DNA from: Candidatus Woesearchaeota archaeon CG10_big_fil_rev_8_21_14_0_10_36_11
GTDB lineage: Archaea; Nanobdellota; Nanobdellia; Woesearchaeales; GW2011-AR9
Direction: 5' to 3'
Length of the DNA: 51,557 bases
Assembly: GCA_002762845.1 (NCBI GenBank)
Contig: PCYB01000066.1
Coordinates: 1-51,557 of the forward strand
A model generated the notes under the pieces. The model searched no databases and was not told the origin of the DNA. It worked only from the letters and a program-made list of their open reading frames with translations. The first letter of the stretch is position 1. Each line of letters opens with the position of its first letter. Made by a program: the position numbers and the translations under genes. Positions 10,378 through 19,485 of this stretch are shown here, one piece after another.

Positions 10378-11385
10378 ATGGGTTCAAATAAGACAATTAA
10401 GTTAGGGGTTATAGGAATTGGTTCTATTTTTAAGACTCATTATAAAGCAATTACTTCCATAAAGAACGCAGAATTAGTAGCTCTTTGCTCTCGGTCTGAA
10501 GAGAAGCTTCATTCTGAAGCAGAAAAGTTAGGGGTTAAAGCATATCGTACAGTTGAGGAAATGGTAGCTGATCCAAAGATCGATGCTGTCATTGTTCTTA
10601 CACCACCGTATACTCATACAGATATTGGGTTGAAAGTAGCACGCGCAGGCAAGCATCTTCTTATTGAAAAACCTCTTGACATTGACATTGAGAAAGCGCA
10701 ACAGTTGGTAGAAGAATGTGAAAAAAATAATGTTATATTAAGCGTCATTTCACAGATGAGGTTTGGTGGTGCAGTACAAAAAGCAAAACGATTGATTGAA
10801 CACGGAACGTTAGGAAAGCTAACCCTTCTTCGTGTTTCTATGAAATGGAATAGGAGCAAAAAATATTACGATTCTAGTTCTTGGATAACAGATTCTCAAA
10901 AGTCTGGCGGTGGAGTTTTGATTAATCAAGGGATTCATTTTGTAGACCTGCTTCGGTGGTTAGGCGGTCCGTATACTAAAGTGTCTTCATTTAAATGTAC
11001 TTTGAAACATACTGTTCCAATAGAAGATACGTTTGTTGGTATGGTACAATTCAAGAATAATGCATTGGGAATAATCGAGGCAACAACGACAGCATGTCGA
11101 AACCTTCCAAATATTATTGAAGTTCATGGAACTAATGGTTCAATAGTTATAAAGAATAATAAGATTATTGAATATCATTTTGGTGATTACTCACTCTTTA
11201 ATACAATCAGATCAAAATTATATTCAAAAATATTCTCATTTATTCCGTTGAAGAAAGGCCATATTACAGATCAGATTACCAATTTCGTTTCAACAATCAA
11301 TAAAGAGGAAAAACTTTTCGTTCCTGGTTCAGAGGGATTGGACACATTAAAGTTATGTCGGAAATTGTATGAAAATGGTACATAA
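10378..11385 (+). CDS. Gfo/Idh/MocA family oxidoreductase (nucleotide-sugar dehydrogenase-like)
   Basis: GVIGIGSI, IEKP and GGGVLINQGIHFVD motifs. Confidence 0.92.
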   Translation: MGSNKTIKLGVIGIGSIFKTHYKAITSIKNAELVALCSRSEEKLHSEAEKLGVKAYRTVEEMVADPKIDAVIVLTPPYTHTDIGLKVARAGKHLLIEKPLDIDIEKAQQLVEECEKNNVILSVISQMRFGGAVQKAKRLIEHGTLGKLTLLRVSMKWNRSKKYYDSSSWITDSQKSGGGVLINQGIHFVDLLRWLGGPYTKVSSFKCTLKHTVPIEDTFVGMVQFKNNALGIIEATTTACRNLPNIIEVHGTNGSIVIKNNKIIEYHFGDYSLFNTIRSKLYSKIFSFIPLKKGHITDQITNFVSTINKEEKLFVPGSEGLDTLKLCRKLYENGT

Positions 11386-12520
11386 ATTAATACAAAAAGC
11401 AAGAACAGCGATTACTAAAGTTAGGCCAGTTTATAACGTCGCAAGAAAGATATATTATCGTCAAGAACGTAAATATCTTAAAGAGATTTATTCCCGAACT
11501 TTGAAAACTGGTGATGCACCATTTCCAGAGATGGTTATTTTTGAACCTACAGCACGGTGCAATTTAAAGTGTAAGATGTGCTTTTTTAATCGCCTTGCGC
11601 AGGTTAAGAAAGATGTTCCAGAACTTACCATGGAAGAAATAAAAGAGATATTCACAAAAAATAGGTTCAAGAAAGTCAACCTTATCGGTGGAGAACCGAT
11701 GATGCATCACAACATCCTCGATACGATGAAATTGTTTGATTCTCTTGGCATGAAATACGATTTAGCAACGAATGGGACATTGATTAATGCGATAAATATT
11801 GATACTCTTGCGCAGATGAAAGGATTAGTAAGTGTTGGCATGTCTTTAGATGGTAATCAGGAGATGCATAACGAAATCCGCGGTTCTCCCGTTGCATTCC
11901 AAAGAACATTGGAAGCGTTTAAAATGCTTCATCAAAAAGGAATCATTACCAACATCGTTTCTGTTGTCATGAAAGAAAATCTTCCGTACCTTAAAGATAT
12001 TGTCAAAATTGCACACGAAAATGGTATTAAATCCGTGTGGTTTGAAATTGAACGGTATTATATCAAGAATGAAATTGCACAAACTCAATCTTTACTTAAA
12101 GTGCGTGATGAAGATAAAGACGACGTTTTTCCCTTGATGATAATTGATGAATATACTCGGGCGTATTCTGTAGATGAATTGAAAACGTCTCTTCAGGAAG
12201 CACAAGAATATGGAAAGAAGAACGGCGTTAACGTCTTTTTTTATCCTGATTATTTACTAACACAAGTAAATGACTGTCATGCCAGAACACTTCGGCGGAA
12301 TGGTCGGTTTATGTGCCGGTTCATTAACAGGGCGAGGATAGATCCGTATGGGAACGTTATTCACTGCGGGCAATTACGCAAATCTTTTGGTAATCTGAAA
12401 GGAAAATCCTTTAAAGAGATTTGGACTAGCCAAGAATATAAAGAGTTTCGATTGAACTTGTTAAACCATAACCTTATGCCCATCTGTGAGACTTGTTTGA
12501 ATATGGTTAAGATAAATTAG
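11369..12520 (+). CDS. Radical SAM/SPASM-twitch domain protein
   Basis: CNLKCKMC, GGEP, TNG; C-terminal C...GNVIHC...CETC. Confidence 0.9.
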   Translation: MKMVHKLIQKARTAITKVRPVYNVARKIYYRQERKYLKEIYSRTLKTGDAPFPEMVIFEPTARCNLKCKMCFFNRLAQVKKDVPELTMEEIKEIFTKNRFKKVNLIGGEPMMHHNILDTMKLFDSLGMKYDLATNGTLINAINIDTLAQMKGLVSVGMSLDGNQEMHNEIRGSPVAFQRTLEAFKMLHQKGIITNIVSVVMKENLPYLKDIVKIAHENGIKSVWFEIERYYIKNEIAQTQSLLKVRDEDKDDVFPLMIIDEYTRAYSVDELKTSLQEAQEYGKKNGVNVFFYPDYLLTQVNDCHARTLRRNGRFMCRFINRARIDPYGNVIHCGQLRKSFGNLKGKSFKEIWTSQEYKEFRLNLLNHNLMPICETCLNMVKIN

Positions 12521-13764
12521 TTTTTTTTGTATCGTATCAATTTTTCATACACTTTCCTATGATGTTGAAACACAGCCGATACATTAGATACTTTGGTAAT
12601 GAGAGCAAGTCCATTCTTTGCAAGCCTTTCTCTGGTGTCCGGTTCTTTAATAAGTGTGATTATAGCGTTTGTCATGTCTTTAACGTTTCTTGCTTCAACC
12701 ACTAGGCCTGTTTTACCATGAATAACAAGCTCAGAACTACCGCCAACATCTGTTGCAATAATAGTTTTTTTCATTGTAAATGATTCAAAGATAATGCGTG
12801 TAAGCGGTTCCGGCCATAACGATGGCGAGATAACAAAGTGTGAATGTGCATATTCTTCTCTCATTGTTTCGTGGTTGATATTTCCTAAGAACGTTACATT
12901 TTGTTTCAATCGTAATCTTCTTGTCAACTTTACCAACTTTTCCATTGATGATCCCTCGCCCGCGATACGTAATTGTGTGTTAGGATATTTATCAACTACA
13001 TATCTAAATGAATGTAGAAGATAATCAAACCCTTTTGTTTTTTTCAGTCCGCCCGCAGTAAATATTCTTATTTTTTGGGACGTTCCTATACCATTAATGG
13101 GGCTCCATTCTTCTTTCTGCACTTTTATTGTTTTTATTTTTCTCTTTTCAATACCAGACTCAATAACTTTATTTTTCACAAAATCCGAAACAGTAATGTA
13201 ATAATCAATATTTTTGAAATAATGGAGCAGCCGATTATTCTGTGTATAAAACCATGGAAAGACAAGATAACTTATCCATCCTTTTCCATATCTCTGAACA
13301 AACGACTCATATAACCACTTTTTGTACATCTTTTTGTTGTACCTAAACGGAACAATTCCTTGTTCTAAAGGAATAGACAAATTACACACAAAACGATAAT
13401 CTCTGACGGTAAACACTGTTGGAATTTTTAACTTCTTTGACACTTTAATTGCCGTTATCATCATGGAAGAATCTTGTATATGAACAACATCTGGTTTTTC
13501 TTTTTGAAGAATTGTATGTATTCTTTTTTCCATAAGTCTATCAATATATTTGTGTCCTATAAGAAGAACAGAATTTGGTACATGTCGTACTGAAGGAATA
13601 GAATAACATCGAAAGGGCATTGGATGAGATATCTTTGTTGTTATCACAAATGCAGAATCATTCTTATTTTGAGAAGTATTAAAACTCTTTGCAAGGAGAA
13701 AACTACTGATTTCTGCTCCTGACGTTTTTTGTCCAAGGAATGTAGCAATGATAGCGACTTTCAT
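12517..13764 (-). CDS. Glycosyltransferase family 4
   Basis: GAE, KGFDYLL, PSLWPEPL and TDVGGSSE motifs. Confidence 0.9.
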   Translation of the reverse strand: MKVAIIATFLGQKTSGAEISSFLLAKSFNTSQNKNDSAFVITTKISHPMPFRCYSIPSVRHVPNSVLLIGHKYIDRLMEKRIHTILQKEKPDVVHIQDSSMMITAIKVSKKLKIPTVFTVRDYRFVCNLSIPLEQGIVPFRYNKKMYKKWLYESFVQRYGKGWISYLVFPWFYTQNNRLLHYFKNIDYYITVSDFVKNKVIESGIEKRKIKTIKVQKEEWSPINGIGTSQKIRIFTAGGLKKTKGFDYLLHSFRYVVDKYPNTQLRIAGEGSSMEKLVKLTRRLRLKQNVTFLGNINHETMREEYAHSHFVISPSLWPEPLTRIIFESFTMKKTIIATDVGGSSELVIHGKTGLVVEARNVKDMTNAIITLIKEPDTRERLAKNGLALITKVSNVSAVFQHHRKVYEKLIRYKKN

Positions 13765-15032
13765 GATGTTATTCTTGTTGTCTTAATACTTTTTATTTTT
13801 CTGTATGTTTTATATGTTGTAATAAGTTGTTGTATAACTGAATTCTCATCATATTTCAGCACTTTTTTCATCCCGACAATGCCCATTTTCTTCCTTTGGT
13901 CAGGTTTTTCGATAAGTGTCTTCAGGGTAGTATGTAACTCTTGTATATTGCCTGGTTGTACAAGTATCCCCGCACATTTCTCTATAGTTTCTTTGATACC
14001 ACCAATAGACGAGCCGATAACAGGTTTTCCAGCAGCCATAGATTCGATAGAAATTCTTCCAAACGGTTCTGGCCACAATGAGGGAAATACGACGATGTCT
14101 GCTACATCATAGATTGCTGGAATTTGAGAATAGGAAACTGGTTCATGGAGTGTCGCATTGAGTTTATTTTTGTTAATAAACTGTACCAGTTCTTCTTTGA
14201 GTACACCATCACCGTACAATGTACAATGACAGTCAAGTTCCCGTAATGCACGTAGAAGAATCTGTGGTCCTTTTGATTTGATTAATGATCCTAAGTACAC
14301 CACTTCAACTTTTTTACTTTTCCTATCTTTATTTTTATTCTTTATTCTAAACTCATGTACTGCAAGAGCATTTGGAATAACGATACTCTGTAATTTATGT
14401 TGATGCAAGATTCCCTGGACATATTTACTTATTGCAATGAGATTACAATACTGTAATGATTTTTGTAATTTTGTATAGTATCTATAAACATACCAGAGAA
14501 ATAAAGGATTATACTTGAAATACCATATGTTTTTCATCTTCCCTATTTCTACAGATTGTTGTTGACAGGAAATGAATTGTAATGGAGAACATCGTATCAT
14601 ACACTCTTTTTTTCCGTGAAATATCCTATCTCCCTTTGGACATAACGCGGGATAACTTTCAACTGTTGCACAGAGCGGAATCTCGAGATGGTTCAGTTTT
14701 GGTGCCGCAATGCAACTTGTTCCAATAAAATGAATGATGTCAAACTTCTTTCTTCTTGTCATCAGCAATACTTCTTTATCAATCGATTTTGGAAAGTGAA
14801 CACTTCGTATAATGTTATTCCGTATACCAATTGGCGATTCGCCCGTTGTACACGTTCTATAAACATGTATCCCATCAACAATTTCGTATCTCTGAAGACC
14901 TTTATGGTACGATGTTAATACAGAAACTCCTACTCCCTGTTTCACTAATGCTTTCGCAAGGAGATGAAGGTTTATCTCGCCACCACCCATAATCTTTGGA
15001 GGGAAATATTCTGAAACAAAGAGAATGTCCAT
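13761..15032 (-). CDS. Glycosyltransferase family 4
   Basis: GGGE, KGPQILL and PSLWPEPFGRISIESMAAG motifs. Confidence 0.92.
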   Translation of the reverse strand: MDILFVSEYFPPKIMGGGEINLHLLAKALVKQGVGVSVLTSYHKGLQRYEIVDGIHVYRTCTTGESPIGIRNNIIRSVHFPKSIDKEVLLMTRRKKFDIIHFIGTSCIAAPKLNHLEIPLCATVESYPALCPKGDRIFHGKKECMIRCSPLQFISCQQQSVEIGKMKNIWYFKYNPLFLWYVYRYYTKLQKSLQYCNLIAISKYVQGILHQHKLQSIVIPNALAVHEFRIKNKNKDRKSKKVEVVYLGSLIKSKGPQILLRALRELDCHCTLYGDGVLKEELVQFINKNKLNATLHEPVSYSQIPAIYDVADIVVFPSLWPEPFGRISIESMAAGKPVIGSSIGGIKETIEKCAGILVQPGNIQELHTTLKTLIEKPDQRKKMGIVGMKKVLKYDENSVIQQLITTYKTYRKIKSIKTTRITS

Positions 15033-15079
15033 AATACAATTGCGAGAAAAATGGCTTTATAATGGTTATGGAGAAAGGT

Positions 15080-16219
15080 TCAGTTCTTATGAGACAAAAT
15101 CCTATACAACTCTAAATATTTCTCAATACTCGGTGCCCATTCAAATCTTCTGATTGGGGTCTCGTTATACTTCCCTTTCGCTCCCTGTATGACTTTTTCT
15201 GCAAGTTCTCTATAATCTTTACTTTTAAACATAAGATATTTCCCAGACACAACTTCAGGAATAGAACCGGCATCACTTACAATTACTGGCTTGTGCATCG
15301 CAACAGATTCAGTTGTTGTGTATCCAAACCCTTCTGCAAGTGACGGCACAACAATACAATCAGCGGCGTTAATATAATCACCTAACTCCTCATATGGTAC
15401 TGAGGGAACAATCTTGACATAACTTTCTATCTTTAGTTTTTTAATGAGTTGTCGCAGTTCTTGATATTTATTTTTATACTTATCTATAGACCCTAACATT
15501 AACAAGAATAATGAGTTTGGCAATCTCTCTTTAATATATGGAACTGCCTTAAGAACATATTCAAACCCTTTTGATGGTCCTGGCCGACCCCATGAAAAAT
15601 ATACAAACTTTTTTTCTGCACCTAACTCTTTTCGTATTCTCTTTGCGTTTTCAGTATTAAAATTCGTTGGATCCCAGAACGTATAATCCAATCCGTTATA
15701 GATTGTTACTGTTTTCTTTTCTTTGATGCCGGATCGTATCAAATCGTTCCGTGTTGCGTTTGATACACAAACGTACTTATCAAAAGGCAACATGTAAATT
15801 AATCGTTCTAAACATTCATGAATGAATGACTTTATCCACGGAAATCCTGTGTTTTTTCTCCATTTACCAATCCACACTTCATGTATCGTAAGAACAACTT
15901 TTTTCCCTGTAAGTTTCGCAGCTATCCATGCTGGTACAGCACCATTAAATGTTGTCGTCTGAATTATATCTGCTTGCCGTGCCATCTTGATTGCGTTTGG
16001 GATAGCAGAAAACGTAAAGACATATCGAGAAAAGAACGAAGGAACACGATAAACTTTCACGCTGTTCATGACTTCTTTTTCTTTTGTGTTTTTTAATTGG
16101 TGCGTGAGGAGCGCGACGGTATGGCCACGTGTGACGTACCCTTCTGCAATATTCTTGAACACAACTTCTGCTCCGCCATAATGCGGAATATAATTCTCAC
16201 ACACGAAAAGAATTTTCAT
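15080..16219 (-). CDS. Glycosyltransferase family 4
   Basis: GGAE, KGFEY and PSLAEGFG motifs. Confidence 0.92.
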   Translation of the reverse strand: MKILFVCENYIPHYGGAEVVFKNIAEGYVTRGHTVALLTHQLKNTKEKEVMNSVKVYRVPSFFSRYVFTFSAIPNAIKMARQADIIQTTTFNGAVPAWIAAKLTGKKVVLTIHEVWIGKWRKNTGFPWIKSFIHECLERLIYMLPFDKYVCVSNATRNDLIRSGIKEKKTVTIYNGLDYTFWDPTNFNTENAKRIRKELGAEKKFVYFSWGRPGPSKGFEYVLKAVPYIKERLPNSLFLLMLGSIDKYKNKYQELRQLIKKLKIESYVKIVPSVPYEELGDYINAADCIVVPSLAEGFGYTTTESVAMHKPVIVSDAGSIPEVVSGKYLMFKSKDYRELAEKVIQGAKGKYNETPIRRFEWAPSIEKYLELYRILSHKN

Positions 16220-16230
16220 TTTTAACTCTC

Positions 16231-16602
16231 TTATTTTTGTTTCACTTCTTGTTTTTCTTTTCCATATTCTTCAGCATTTTGTAATGCTTGCTTTCGCACA
16301 AACATTTTTAGTTTATGTTCAAGCTTCTTTGTCTTGCTATAATTATAAAACCCAAGTGCAAGAAGGATAAAGAATCCAAACACTACAAAAAAGTCAAGTC
16401 TTCGATAAAAGTTGAGCGGATCAATTATGGGGTCAAGGATACTAGGAGATATTGCGGTGATGCCAAGAATAATCCATCCAGCAGTCCACGTAATAAACTC
16501 TCCTGAGTTAAGTTCCTTCCGTTTATATTTGACATATGTGAAATAAATCATTGCTATACCAAAGATTATTCCAAGTAGTTGTATCCATAATGTTGTATTC
16601 AT
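16231..16602 (-). CDS. DUF2304-like small membrane protein
   Basis: Three TM segments with a basic tail, overlapping the upstream GT2, the usual context for this family. Confidence 0.75.
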   Translation of the reverse strand: MNTTLWIQLLGIIFGIAMIYFTYVKYKRKELNSGEFITWTAGWIILGITAISPSILDPIIDPLNFYRRLDFFVVFGFFILLALGFYNYSKTKKLEHKLKMFVRKQALQNAEEYGKEKQEVKQK

Positions 16603-17252
16603 TTGAAAAACCTCCAGAGGAACATTTTCATGACAATACTTACGCCATCAAGAACTGTTGTTCCTTTGTATTTATCAGCATAAATTGTTTGTATTGGAAT
16701 CTGTGCATAGGACACTTTATGTTTTCCTGCGCGTGCAATCATTTCCGACTCCATACTATAATCCGATGCATTCCATCGAATTTTCTTATATGTTTCTGCT
16801 GTAAATGCCCTATACCCACATTGTGTATCTTTTACGGTAATACCATACAATATCTTTGTTGTTTTATTTATGAATGCATTTCCAAATCGTAGAACGAATG
16901 GCATTGACGTGCCAAGGGTTCTATATCCAAAAACAAGGTTTACATTGTTCAGTTTCTCAATAAATTCTGGTATCTTTTCTGGGTCATGTTGACCGTCAGC
17001 ATCCATGACAATGATATTGTGAACATTCTGTGTTATAGCATAATCACACCCAGTTTTGAGTGCTGCCCCTTTCCCCAAATTAACTGCATGTTTAAGAAAT
17101 ATAACATTTTCTTCCTGTACAATCTGTTCTGTAGTATCGTGACTTCCATCATCCACGATAATGATATCCTGGACGTATTTCTTGACAGCATGAATGACGT
17201 TTCTGAGTGTCTTTTCCTCGTTATATGCTGGAATGATAACAACAGTGTTCAT
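16599..17252 (-). CDS. Glycosyltransferase family 2 (dolichol/polyprenol-phosphate sugar synthase-like)
   Basis: IIPAYNEE, VDDGS, NLGKG, MDADGQH and DTQCGYRAF motifs. Confidence 0.93.
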   Translation of the reverse strand: MNTVVIIPAYNEEKTLRNVIHAVKKYVQDIIIVDDGSHDTTEQIVQEENVIFLKHAVNLGKGAALKTGCDYAITQNVHNIIVMDADGQHDPEKIPEFIEKLNNVNLVFGYRTLGTSMPFVLRFGNAFINKTTKILYGITVKDTQCGYRAFTAETYKKIRWNASDYSMESEMIARAGKHKVSYAQIPIQTIYADKYKGTTVLDGVSIVMKMFLWRFFK

Positions 17253-17316
17253 GGAAAGAATATCAAAGAATACGGTATATAAGGATTATGAAATAAGAGA
17301 AATGTGGTTCAAGATT

Positions 17317-18351
17317 TTAAAGAAATCTCTCAACGACTCGTGTTAATCCTTCTTTAAATACAGGAATGTCCATAAACTGTTCATATTCTCGTTGACCAAA
17401 CTGGTGAAGGGCATACAACACAGTTGCGCCACACATACCATGTAAAGGCATATCACATACTCTTTGTCGTAACGCGTCTGGGTCATCTGGAACCGGAATT
17501 ACATTTTTGTTTTCCCAACAATCTGGTGCAATAAATGATACTCCACCTTTTAATGCTTCTCTAAGGATGCGCCTTGCAATTATTTCTTTATTTGTATCGT
17601 CGCTTCTAGTATTGTCTTTTGCCCATGTATACATCCACATGGAATTCTCATGCCTTCTTTGAATTACTTCAATTGGAACATCGTCTTTTAAATCAATCAC
17701 GTACACGAAACAGTTTGATACTGCGCCACTATCAGTTTCTTGTTTCCATGCACCAATACATCGCACCTCTGCAACATCATCTCTATGAATTGCTGCTTCT
17801 TCTTCAGCTTCTGTGTATACTCCTTCTTTAATTGGGTCGTATTGAGGCAGTAAATGGCCATTTTGACCATTTATGGAAAGTGGAACCGATCCTCCAGGTA
17901 TAGTAAGTATTCTTCCTAGTCCACCAGCACCCCCACCACGTTCTCCAAACAAAAGTGTGTCTTTCCCATCCACTGAATGTGCACGTGTAAACCCATAAAT
18001 AACAGTTTCAATTAAACCATTACTTTCAACTTTCTTTTTTCTTTGAGCCTGAACCGTAAAAGAGTCAGTACCATATCCGTTTAATCGAAGAACGTTATCT
18101 CCCTTCATCCGAGAAAGGCTTGCTTCAAAATCAGCAAGTGCAAGAAGTTCTTCCTGCCATTCAAGCTCGGGGATTCCTTTGTTAATATAAACCGCATCTC
18201 CATATTGTTCTCTAAGAACTTCAAAATTTGGTCTTCCATGACGTAAAAATGTATCGATTCTTCTTTCAAGTAATGGAAAGCTATTATGTATAGTAACCTC
18301 AAGTTTTGGTTCATTATCTTTCGGGAAATGCTTCAAAAGAGTATTTGTCAT
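17317..18351 (-). CDS. Hypothetical protein with degenerate Nudix-like motif
   Basis: IPGGS...EGVYTEAEEEAAI resembles a Nudix box lacking the canonical RE/G residues. Confidence 0.45.
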   Translation of the reverse strand: MTNTLLKHFPKDNEPKLEVTIHNSFPLLERRIDTFLRHGRPNFEVLREQYGDAVYINKGIPELEWQEELLALADFEASLSRMKGDNVLRLNGYGTDSFTVQAQRKKKVESNGLIETVIYGFTRAHSVDGKDTLLFGERGGGAGGLGRILTIPGGSVPLSINGQNGHLLPQYDPIKEGVYTEAEEEAAIHRDDVAEVRCIGAWKQETDSGAVSNCFVYVIDLKDDVPIEVIQRRHENSMWMYTWAKDNTRSDDTNKEIIARRILREALKGGVSFIAPDCWENKNVIPVPDDPDALRQRVCDMPLHGMCGATVLYALHQFGQREYEQFMDIPVFKEGLTRVVERFL

Positions 18352-18411
18352 ATTTTTCCTTCACGTTATGTTCGCTTTATAAGAATTATGCAAAAAAACT
18401 CAAATATAATT

Positions 18412-19476
18412 TTACGATAAATTATTTAACTTTAACAAGTCAGAAACAAGAGATTTTCGTAATTCTGTGTCCATTTTTATTCTATCACAATCATGGCACA
18501 TCGGTAACAAGCAAAAATTCTTTTCTAGATGGATTTTTCGTAAACATTTTAGCTTATCATTATTCCAACATTCTTTCAACGTACTTATATTTAAATCTCC
18601 ATACGTTAACTTTGCCTCAAAATCAACACAGCATACTGTTAATGTCCCATCATAATTAACGATGAACCTATTCCATAGTAAATTACATGGAGCCCATTTT
18701 TCTTTTGGAAGCATTATATCTTTTAGTTTAGAATCAATCTCTAGCGGAAGAGAACTATCATCCACCTGACTACCCTGATTTGACACAATGTTAAACAATG
18801 TTTGATCAACAATCTTACCAAACACATTATTATAATTCAAAAGGTCGTTATAATTCTCTTTCATGATAACAAACGACGCAAATATTCCCAATGTAGATTT
18901 TTTCTCATCACGCAATTTACGTAATTTTTGTATATTTTCTACTAATTTATCCCACTTTGCATTCACACGGATAGATTCATAACTTTCTTTTGCTCCAGAA
19001 TCAATAGAAAATTTTATGGAATCCAATCTTGATTCTATTATTTTATGTATCTTGTTGTCGTCTAATACTTGACCGTTCGTTGTTATGTACACATATTTCA
19101 TACCTGCTTCTTTTGCAATGGTAATGAAATCAAATATTTTTGTATGTAAAAACGATTCACCCGTTGTGTATAACGCAACATTTTCAATCCCTAACTCTTT
19201 TGCTTCGGTAATAACTTTTCTAAACAATTCTTCAGACATAAAGCCTATTTTTCGTTTCATATCTTTATGATAACACATCTTGCATCGTAAATTACATGCA
19301 TTCGTCACTTCGAACATTATTGTTTTAGGATACTCAGCATCTAAAGAAAGTTTTTTCTCATCTCCCCACATCTTTACTTTTCTGTCACGTATTAAGATTT
19401 TTGTATCTTCAATTGCAGACTTTTGTGAAGTATCATCACTATTTTCCGTTTCATCTTTTGTATTACTTTCAACCAC
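18412..19476 (-). CDS. Radical SAM/SPASM-twitch domain protein
   Basis: CNLRCKMC, TTNG; C-terminal PC...VCCVD...CHDC. Confidence 0.9.
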   Translation of the reverse strand: MVESNTKDETENSDDTSQKSAIEDTKILIRDRKVKMWGDEKKLSLDAEYPKTIMFEVTNACNLRCKMCYHKDMKRKIGFMSEELFRKVITEAKELGIENVALYTTGESFLHTKIFDFITIAKEAGMKYVYITTNGQVLDDNKIHKIIESRLDSIKFSIDSGAKESYESIRVNAKWDKLVENIQKLRKLRDEKKSTLGIFASFVIMKENYNDLLNYNNVFGKIVDQTLFNIVSNQGSQVDDSSLPLEIDSKLKDIMLPKEKWAPCNLLWNRFIVNYDGTLTVCCVDFEAKLTYGDLNISTLKECWNNDKLKCLRKIHLEKNFCLLPMCHDCDRIKMDTELRKSLVSDLLKLNNLS

Positions 19477-19485
19477 TTTACAGTC

